Of a stretch of 64,000 nt of DNA, positions 54,756 to 64,000 are shown one piece after another. Every line of letters starts with the position of its first letter. Position 1 is the stretch's first letter. Below the pieces are notes generated by a model that was not told the origin of the DNA, did no database searches, and was given only the letters and a program-made list of their open reading frames with translations. Source of the DNA: Octopus vulgaris (taxonomy: Eukaryota); the NCBI GenBank assembly GCA_951406725.2, contig OX597831.1:31806001-31870000 (forward strand), written 5' to 3'. The position numbers and the translations under genes were made by a program.

Positions 54756-54800
54756 TCTGTGCTGATGAAGAGAAATAACCCGGAAATCGTGATACACAGA
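54756..54800 (+). ncRNA. Minimal type I hammerhead-like motif
   Basis: TCTGTG-CTGATGA-AGAGAAATAACCCG-GAAA-TCGTGA-TA-CACAGA. Perfect 6-bp stem I, extended by AACAAT/ATTGTT, AGCT/AGCT and CCACT/AGTGG; AUA triplet; stem II weak. Confidence 0.65.
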
Positions 54801-55239
54801 TATTGTTTTGAGCTGAGTGGGGTGCTAGATTCCCTTGTTTGAAAAATGTAAGGACACAGATCATGTCATATAGCCAGCTGGAGACGATGTCTCCTGGGGC
54901 TAAATTACAGCAACATTTGTCCTAAACCAGGACTGCCATGTTATGTTGGCAAACAACCTTTACTCCAAAGTACTGTTGCTGAGTATCTCTCGTTGTGAGA
55001 TTTACAAATAGAAATTTTCTAAATTCTTAGTATTTCATAACAATTCCAAACTATTTATTTAATTGAGGTTCATGTCTCATTGCACAAAAAATGTTTAGCA
55101 TGAGGATAGAGGAAATGTCAAGGGGAGTGGTCACAATTACTGTTGTTCTAAAATGCATGAGCGTATTAGCATTATAAAATGAAACTATATTAACTATAAT
55201 TCACCTATAATTCAATAGTTTACTTTATATATATATATA

Positions 55240-55590
55240 GGTGCAGGCGTGGCTGTGTGGTAAGAAGCTTGCTTCCCAACTAAGTTCAGTCCCACTGTGT
55301 AGCACACGGGCCAACCAAAGCCTTGTGAGTGGATCTGGTTGATGGAAACTGAAAGAAGCCTGTCATATATATGTGTGTGTATATATGCTTGTGTGTCTGT
55401 GTTTGTCCCTCCTATCATTGCTTGACAACTGTTGTTGTGTTTATGTCCCCGTAACTTAGTGGTTTAGCAAAAGAGACCGATAGAATATGTACTAGGCTTA
55501 CAAAGAATAAGTTCTGTGGTCAATTTGTTCGACTAAAGGCGATGCTCCAGCATGGCTGCAGTCAAATGACAGAAACAAGTAAAAGAATTT
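55240..55590 (+). mobile_element. Diverged SINE A
   Basis: Same consensus with an internal deletion. Confidence 0.85.
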
Positions 55591-55799
55591 ACACATAATG
55601 CACATTACTGCACTTATTGCCCTTTGCTGCACTTACTGATAACCAACCACAGAAACATCGGTAAAGAATTGTTCAGATTCTCTCCTCTCTTTCTGTTACC
55701 ATAGCATATCTACCTTTCTAAGAACTATTATGGACTTTTGTTTTCCTGTTTTCTCTGTTAAATCATATTTATTCTCACTTCTGTATAATTATTTTATAA

Positions 55800-56197
55800 A
55801 TGCCAAGAACTGGGTGCCACTGCATAGTGCCAAGGACTCCAAATTTGCCATCAAGATGTAGGACAAGATACTGTGATAGCCTGGGCTTCAGAGGCCCACA
55901 GCTCTTCAATATCCTCCCGAAGGACCTGAGAGACCTGCATGGGGTGGATGCAGATGTCTTTAAAATAAAACTGGATCTCTTCCTGTCAGGTGTCTCAGAT
56001 GAACCAACTTCATGGCAGAAGGTGTAGATGAGGGCAGCTGCATCGAACTCTCTCATGCACCAAATGGCAATTGCTAAAAAGCATTCGTGAAGTAAAATCA
56101 TGTAGCAACACCAAATGGTGTTGCCCCAGCATGGCCACAACCCGTGAGCTGAAACTAAATAGGATAAAATAAAAAAGATAAATAAAAATAAAATAAA
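55800..56197 (+). mobile_element. 3' end of a CR1/L2-group LINE
   Basis: SLGFRGPQLFNILPKDLRDL...FKIKLDLFLSGVSDEP, then a 3' UTR and (TAAAA)n tail; AAATGCCA occurs on both sides (possible TSD). Confidence 0.85.
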
Positions 56198-57094
56198 ATG
56201 CCATTTACTGCCTGCCCATCTTCTTTCTCACAATTGTCTGCAAAAGCCTACAACCAAAACAGTGACCTTTACCAATTACGGATGTCTTTATTTATATACA
56301 TACATCATTCATTGTGTTCTCCCCTGTCGCAAATGACAGGTGACAGCTCTGCAATTTTATGCAGAACAACTTGCACAGATAATTAGTTTATAGTGACCAA
56401 ATATTTGTGCTTGTTCCCCATGTGCTGGGTGCTTTTATTGTGTCAGTGGAATGATAAAAGCACTCAGCACACACTGTAAAGTGGTTGGCATTAGGATGGG
56501 CACCCAGCTGTAGAATCCAAGCCAAATCAAACTGGAACTTGGTGCAACTCTCCTGCTCGCCAGTTCTACTCAAACTGTCCAATCCATACCAGTATGGACA
56601 ATGGATATTGGTGGATAATGATGATGATGATGATGATGACAATTCCTTCCATCAAATAAACATTACCTGTACAGGTGCACAAGTGTGCCACACGTCAGAT
56701 GTCAAGGTGATAACAGGGTAATGTAAATTGAAGTGTTTTGCTCAACAACATAACACATCATCCAATCCAGGATTTGAAACCACAATCTTGCATTCACGAG
56801 AGTGCATCACCATCTACTAGGCCCTGCATTTTCACTTACATTATGTGTGTGTGTGTACAGGCATAGCTGTTATGTATGGATAAGAGGTTTTCTTCCCAAC
56901 TGTGGTTTTAGGTTCAAGTCCCACAGCATGATACCATTGGCAAGCATCTTTTATTGTAACTCCAAACCAACCAAGGCTTCAAATGGGTTTCATTAATGGA
57001 AACTGGAGGAAGCTCATCGTAATATGTGTAACCTGATAGTTGTAAACATGTGTCAAAAAAGAACAACTAATGTTGTTCCTTTCCAATCTCTCAT

Positions 57095-57470
57095 AAGAAG
57101 CTTGCTTCCCAGCCACATGGTTCTGGGTTCAGTCCCACTACATGGCACCTTGGGCAAGTGTCTTCTGCTATAGCCTCAGGCTGACCAAAGCCTTGTGAGT
57201 GGATTTGGTAGACGGAAACTGAAAGCCTGTCGTATATATATATATATATATGTATTTGTGTGTCTGTGTTTGTCCCCATCCCCATCACTTGACAACTGAT
57301 GCTGGCGTGTTTACAACTCCGTAACTTAGTGGTTCAACAAAAGAAACTGATCGAATAAGTACTAGGCTTACAAAGAATAAGTTCTGAGGTAGATTTTTTG
57401 AAGTAAAACCCTTTAAGGTAGTGCTCCAACATGGCCACAGTCAAATGGCTGAAACAAATAAAAGAATAAA
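57095..57470 (+). mobile_element. Diverged SINE A (5' end clipped)
   Basis: Same consensus. Confidence 0.85.
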
Positions 57471-57993
57471 ACCATGTCTGGCCATTGGCGGCGGGGTATT
57501 ACTTTGCTTGGAAACGGTGAAGGTTGGGGACAGGAAGAGCGTCTGGCCATAGAGAAACTGCTTCAGTGAATTCTGTCTGGACTGTGTTAGCATGAAAAAG
57601 TGAATTTTAAAATGATGGTTGTCTTTGGTCGGTCTGAAAGCAGGACTCTGGTGTAACTTTAGACTGTGATGGGCTAGAACAATCTTTAGAACTGTGCAAA
57701 AATAAATAAATAAATAATAGTAATAGTAATGACGATGATAATGATGATGATACTGCAAATTAGATTTATCTAAAACGTTAAAGAAAGAACTGAGAAGTAT
57801 TTCAAAGTCTGCCATTTGATTTCATTCTGCTTCTGAAAGATTTGATGGATTTTGCAAAGATATTGAATCAATGTTTCTACATCTTTTACATAAAGAGATA
57901 TAAATAGTCATGGAATAGAACAATGCGTGCAGGTGTGTACGTATGTACATGGAAAACGATGTTAAACGATGATGCTGACAATGATGATGATGA

Positions 57994-58031
<38 letters not shown>

Positions 58032-58034
<3 letters not shown>

Positions 58035-58093
58035 TGGTGCTATTAAGTTAGACATGGCTTGGACCAATCTTTGGTCGAAACATATCTAAGTTT
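58032..58093 (+). mobile_element. 62-bp 3'-terminal fragment of the same LINE family as 22812-23955
   Basis: AGGTGGTGCTATTAAGTTAGACATGGCTTGGACCAATCTTTGGTCGAAACATATCTAAGTTT closely matches the reverse complement of 22812-22873. Confidence 0.85.
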
Positions 58094-58098
58094 TATAT

Positions 58099-58168
<70 letters not shown>

Positions 58169-58248
58169 ATGTATGTATATGTATATATATGTATATATTT
58201 ATATATATATACATATATATATGTATATATGTATATATATATATACAT

Positions 58249-58305
<57 letters not shown>

Positions 58306-58390
58306 CATACATACATATATATAGACAGACACACACATATGAGGATGTGTGTATATATATCTATACCTGTGTGTGTGTGTGCATACATGC
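58094..58390. repeat. Compound (AT)n/(AC)n microsatellite
   Basis: Direct reading. Confidence 0.95.
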
Positions 58391-59384
58391 ATGCTTATAA
58401 TGTAAACAAATTTGGTAGCTATTGCAGTAGCTCCAACTTAAAATTTTCTCAGCTGATGTTTTTACTATCAACAATTGGAAGACTTACATAAGATAATTAT
58501 TGGCAAAGCAGTACCAAAGATGAAGTACTAAATCTCTTTCAGCACAGCATTCACCAAAGTCTACAAGAAATGGTAGAGGCATTATAAAATAGATTGAAAA
58601 ATATCTCCAGGATTCTGTCAGAGATTTGAGCTATTTGTATCTAGGTCTACCAAATCTCCCTCCCCCTCTCTCTCTCTCTCTGTACGTTTGGATATACATG
58701 TATGTAAATCTGTGTGTGTGTATATCTGTACATCCTATAGTGATTTCAGTTTAAATTTATTTAGCAAAGCCTACAATTCTGTTTTCTCAATTGGAACCTA
58801 ACAACTGTTATTTAGAAATGTCTGAAACGTTTATCTAGGTGGTATAGTTGTTAACTTGTGGTAGGTAACAACATTGAGTTACAGCAGACAGTAAATATTT
58901 AACTGATCTAATGAGTCTGTAATCCTGCTTCTTGGATCCCCCACCGAGTGGAAACCTATTTGGGGTCCCACTTCCCTTTATCACACCTTGGTCCCTTCCC
59001 TCCCCACTGCTATGTTCCAACTGCAATACACTAACTGGTGAACAATGGGCATTTATACAAGGTTCACAGATAAAAGAAAAGATACCCCGGGCAAAAGAGC
59101 AAAAGCCTCAAAGTAACAACTTTATGCTAATGCAACATCAAGTTAATGTAAGAAACCAGGTCAGTAATTTGGATACATTTAATTTATCTTGATAAGGGTT
59201 TTTATTCAATTATTCTTGATCTTGTCAGCAGGAATACCATGGCAACTGAGCTATGCACGGATGCACACACACACACACACATGCGTGCAAATGCACAGAA
59301 TTACCTCACTCTCAATAAATATTTACATCATGTACTGAGGGCATTTTCTTTCATTTGGAAATATAAACATACCATCATATAAGC

Positions 59385-59640
59385 TAGTGGTTCTCAGCCG
59401 GAGTCCCCATGGCCCTTAGGAGAGTCTAGATAAGATTTTGTTGTTAAAATTTATCTGCAATAAATTGGTTATACTTGTGTAATACACGAAATGTTTTAAT
59501 TTTTTTTATACAATTTCTAATAATATTTAATGTTAAAAGTATAACAGGAATTTTTGTAAACATGGAATGGCTAGGAAGGGCCATTTGAGTGAAATAGGAA
59601 TCAAAGGGTTCCATAGGGAACAAAATGGGTGAGAAACATA
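59385..59640 (-). mobile_element. Decayed hAT-like MITE, same family as 51025-51280
   Basis: AGTGGTTCTCAGCC start and GGGTTCCATAG...TGAGAAACA end; resembles the reverse complement of the 51 kb copy. Confidence 0.5.
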
Positions 59641-59687
59641 TATAAACCACATATATCATGTATTATTTTTCCAGTTTACTTTATGAA

Positions 59688-59732
<45 letters not shown>

Positions 59733-60669
59733 TATGATCATCACATTAATGTCTGTTTTTCTATGGGTCAGACAGAATTTGTTGAAGTAGATTTTCTATG
59801 GTCCAATGCTCGTTCTGTTGCCAACCCTCACCTGTTTCCACGTAAGGTAACTTTTGCCCATGGTCACACATGTTTTCACAGAAGGTGAGAAAATGAAGGG
59901 CTCTGCTTGTATGATGGTGATATTCGTTAACAACTATCACATGATGTGAAGACAAAGAAACACAAACACAGATACATATTCACACAACAGGCTTCTTTCA
60001 GTTTCCATCTATGAAATCCATTGACAAGGCCTCGGCTGGTCTGGAATTATAGTAGTAGACATTTGCCCAGGGTGTCATGCAGTGGAGTTGAACACAAAAC
60101 TATGTGGCTGAGAAGAAAACTTCTTACCACACATCTACATCTGCACACACACACACACACACACCATCAGTTAATGTCTGATTACCATGCTGGCATGGGA
60201 TAGATGGTTTGACAGGAGCTGGTAAGGCTGGGCACTGCACCAGGGTCTGTTGTCTGTCCTGGCATGGTTTCTATGACTGGATGCCCTTCCTAATGCCAAC
60301 CACTTTACAGACTGTACTCGGTGCTTTTTACATGGCACCAGCATCAACACATGCACACAAAAGGAAATTGCAGTGTTTTTGCTTTTATACATTGTCCCCT
60401 TAGCTTCTAGTCTTTGGGAAGCTGTCAATGATCGCAGGACCAGTCTCTGAACAGATACAATTTGGGCACCAGTGTATCTTCCAGGTAGCTGTAGAAACTT
60501 CCAAATCAATCATATAGATTTTATCACTATAATCAGCAAAGCTTTTGGATCAAGAAAGAACCAGCTAGGAAGAAACTTATAATGACCATCCAAGTTTTCC
60601 CAGAGTTGTGTGGTTTGTTATCATCATCTTTGAGGCCCATCAAGAGCCTCTCCTGAGCCAATGAATCAT

Positions 60670-60905
60670 TCATCATCATCATCGTTTAACGTCTGATTTC
60701 CATGCCGGCATGGGTTGGACAGTTTGACTGAGGATTGGCAAGCCGGGAGGCTACACCAGACTCCAATCTGATCTGGCAAGTTTTCTACAGCTGGATGCCC
60801 TTCCTAATGCTAACCACTCTAAGAATGTAGTGGGTGCTTTTAATGTGCCACCAGCATGGGAGCCAGTCAGGTGGCACTGGCATGAATGGTGCTTTTTACA
60901 TGCCA
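60670..60905 (-). mobile_element. 3' UTR fragment of the same RTE family
   Basis: Same tail and CTACAGCTGGATGCCCTTCCTAATGC motif. Confidence 0.8.
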
Positions 60906-61400
60906 TTGAAATAAAATATATCTCAAGGCACACACAAAGACATAAAGAATAGCATGCTATTGTCTATAGCTTTATGTGTGTGCTTTAAGATATGCTATAC
61001 CAAAAAAACAAGAATTATTTTTTAATTCTCTCGAAAGTAAAATTATGGCATCAAGGCTTATTCTTTACAGGTGCTAGTGCCACATAAAATGCATTTGTGC
61101 CAGTGCTGAGTAAACGCACCCATGCCAGTGGCACACAAGAAGCACCCAGTGCCTCTGTAAAGTGGTTGACATTGTGAAGGGCATCCAGTCATAGAAACCA
61201 TGCCACAACAGACATTTGGAGTTTGGACAGCTTCCTGGCTGGATCAACCAAAGAAAGCCTTGTGGGTGGATTTGTTAGACAAACTGAAAGAACAGAAGTA
61301 ATACATTTCTAAATCTCTCAGAGAGATTTATGCAGTAGTAGCATGATAAAGTGATAGTATGTTGTCAACTTAATGTGACAGTCCCATGAAAAGGAAGAAT

Positions 61401-62135
61401 CATCATCATCTTCATCATTATTGTTTAACGTCCGCTTTCCATGCTGGCATGGGTTGGACAGTTTGACTGAGGACTGGCGAGTCAGATGGCTGCACCAGGC
61501 TCCAATCTGATCTGGCAGAGTTTCTACAGCTGGATACTCTTCCTAACGCCAACCACTCTGAGAGTGTAGTGGATGCTTTTACACACCACCAGCACAAGGG
61601 CCAGTCTAGCAGAATTGGCAACAACCTCGTTCGAATGTTGTTTTTCACGTGTCACCAGCACAAGTGCCAGTAAGGTGACGCTGATAACAATCACACACGA
61701 ATGGTGCTTTTTACGTGCCACAGGCAACGATCATGCTCGGATGGTGCTCTTAGTGTTCCACTAGCATGGATGCAAGTCATGCGGTGCTGTCATTGGCCAC
61801 ATCAGTGAATTTGATTTCGATTTCACTTGCCTCAACAGGTCTTCGCAAGCAGAGTTTAGTGTCCAATGAAAGAAAGGTACGCATAAGTGGGCTGGTTACA
61901 CCCACTGGCATAGGCCATGGTTTATGGTCTCACTTGACTTGTCGGGTCTTCTCAAGAACAGCATATTTCCAAAGGTCTTGGTCACTAGTTATTGCCTTGG
62001 TGAGGCCTAATATTTGAAGGTCGTGTTTCACCACCTCATCCCAGGTATTTCTGGGTCTACCTCTTCCACAGGTTCTCTCAACTGCTAGGGTGAGACACTT
62101 TTTTACACAGCTATCCTCATCCATTCTCACCACAT
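61401..62135 (-). mobile_element. 3' end of an RTE LINE (ORF C-terminus, long 3' UTR, (GAT)n tail)
   Basis: ORF 61930-62133 reads VRMDEDSCVKKC...GRGRPRNTWDEVVKHDL. The same 3' UTR recurs without the ORF at about 40320-40500, 41874-42215, 49050-49250, 56420-56640, 60165-60345 and 60670-60905. Confidence 0.88.
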
Positions 62136-62262
62136 GCTACTGTTGGACATTACACATTTCCTATGTCCTTATATTTCTATTTTCAAAAATCAGTGAATGC
62201 ATTTCACTTGAAATATATGTTTACAAAGACAGATAGGCATCAACAGCTAGCAAGCCATGCTA

Positions 62263-62307
62263 CTCCAGACTGATGATGAGCAATGACTCTGAAACTCGAC
62301 TCTGAAG
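62263..62307 (+). ncRNA. Decayed minimal hammerhead-like motif
   Basis: CTCCAGA-CTGATGA-TGAGCAATGACTCT-GAAAC-TC-GAC-TCTGAAG. Stem I has one mismatch and the conserved U before the cleavage site reads A. Confidence 0.4.
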
Positions 62308-62720
62308 GCTGGCTTTGCCAGGTGGAGGTGCTTAGCTTCACTTTGAAAACATAAGGTCACAGGAAATGTGTCAAGTCCAACAGGAAATGGTGTTTCCTAG
62401 GGCTAAATAACAGTAGCATTCTTCCCTTTCATGGGACTGTCACATTAATTTGACAACATGCTATCACTTCAAACTGAAAGAAGCCTGTCATGTGTGTGTG
62501 TGTGTGTGTGTGTGTTATAAAATGTGATAATTGTAAATGATTGTCACTGTCATACAAGCAGTGTCATTCATTTTCAATATTCTGCAAGAACATCTCTGGC
62601 CATGGAGAAATATTTCCCTACTTGGAAATGGGCTGGTGACAAGAAGGGCATCCAGCAAGAGAAAATCTGCCTCAAACTCCCTTCAACCCATGCAAACATA
62701 GGAAAGTGGACATTAAAACG

Positions 62721-62788
<68 letters not shown>

Positions 62789-62881
62789 TGCATGCACACA
62801 CACAAACACACACACCACCTGAGTGTGTGTGAAGACACTGAAAGTTCAACTCCTTAAACTTGTCATAAGTTGTTTTATTGT

Positions 62882-63130
62882 TTAACCCTTTCTGCATTTA
62901 GATTATACTGTCAAGTGTAATCCTTATTTATTCACATTGCTCTGAATCATTAAAATATCAAAGCTATGAAATAATAGAGGATTACCTCTATTATTTCATA
63001 GCTTTGAGATTTTAATGATGAGATTGTTTATTTTTAGAATGACATTGTAAGGTGGGTGTGAGAGACAAGATCTGGCCAGTTTGAACATTAAAGAGATACG
63101 GCTGATTTAAATTGCTTCCTTTAAATCCTT
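62882..63130 (+). mobile_element. piggyBac-like MITE remnant
   Basis: Starts TTAA|CCCTTT; body shared with 52500-52720. Another TTAA-bounded end (AAAGGG|TTAA) lies at ~50490. Confidence 0.5.
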
Positions 63131-64000
63131 TTAAATAGATGTAAACACACATGAGGATGGTGTAAAGCATTGAGGAGTGTATATGGCAATGAAGTAATAC
63201 CATTGCTAGAGTATTTAGCTGCATTCCTTTATGTTTTAGGTTAAAAGTTCATTAGATCAGGATTGTTTTTTTAAATTTTATCTCTATGTCAATAAAATAC
63301 CAGTAATATATTGGGTGCACATCTTCTTTCTAAGTATCTGTGTTGATACAATTAACATAGAGATCCTATATATTTAATTTGTTAAACTACATTCTGTTAA
63401 GAAGGCCAGCTGTAGTTCACCAAACAAGTCTATGTGCTGAAACTCGATCTGCTAGACACAGCTACCAAATCAAACCTCAAATTACTCCCTGCTTTCTTGA
63501 AAACATAGAAAGACATGGGATAATGTATTCTTAGATAGGAAATACTCTAGAGAAGACAAGAATGCCTTCAATCGAAGATGTATTCTGTCACAGCCAACCT
63601 GGGGTTAAACAGTAATAACAGGCACCTCAACCAATTTCCCATAAAACAAGAAAACTGAAAACTGGAGTTGACAAACAACCCCTTCCTTTCCTGGCCATCA
63701 CTTCCAGCATAGTGTGACATTGGAGGCGGAAATATATTCACATGAATGGTGATGATGATGATGATGATAGTGGTTGTAGTGATGGAGTTGATGATGTCAA
63801 TAATAACAAAAACAATAACAACAGTTATAATAATATTAGGTGCATGGCGTATTAAAGTGTTTAGCTGCTGTAAAGCCAGACATCTGATAAAATTTTCTCA
63901 TATTGGGTTTCTGGAATTTAGATCGGAAGAAGATTACACACACACACACAGAGGGAGGGAGAGAAGAAGAAAGAGAGAGGGGGAAGGAGGGAGCTAGGGT

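Noticed and set aside
61061-61090. Acceptor-like TTCTTTACAG|GTGCTAGTG as integrin exon 2
   Set aside because: In the required phase 2 it reads AAG TGC TAG (stop), and it lies within an RTE 3' UTR fragment.

Overview
Eukaryotic, AT-rich, repeat-saturated genomic DNA, most likely a cephalopod (octopus-type); this is inferred from the tRNA-derived SINE families and very dense (AT)n/(AC)n/(TATC)n microsatellites. The only host coding sequence I can support is the first exon of an integrin alpha subunit (13232-13425, +: signal peptide, FNID...GPNGSYFGYS, GT donor). I found no second exon, so the remaining ~50 kb is probably intron 1. The rest is mobile DNA: several SINE families, decayed RTE- and CR1/L2-type LINEs, an internally deleted Gypsy element, Tc1/mariner remnants, hAT and piggyBac-like MITEs and a perfect 249-bp foldback with a 9-bp TSD. 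The most interesting signal is a set of type I hammerhead-ribozyme motifs. One (1883-1985) has a fully intact core and an unusually long stem II; four others are variant or decayed. Most sit in short non-coding inserts bounded by long direct or inverted repeats, suggesting Penelope-like/retrozyme elements. Nearly all ORFs in the supplied track are artefacts of microsatellites and SINEs. All alignments and foldings were done by eye.
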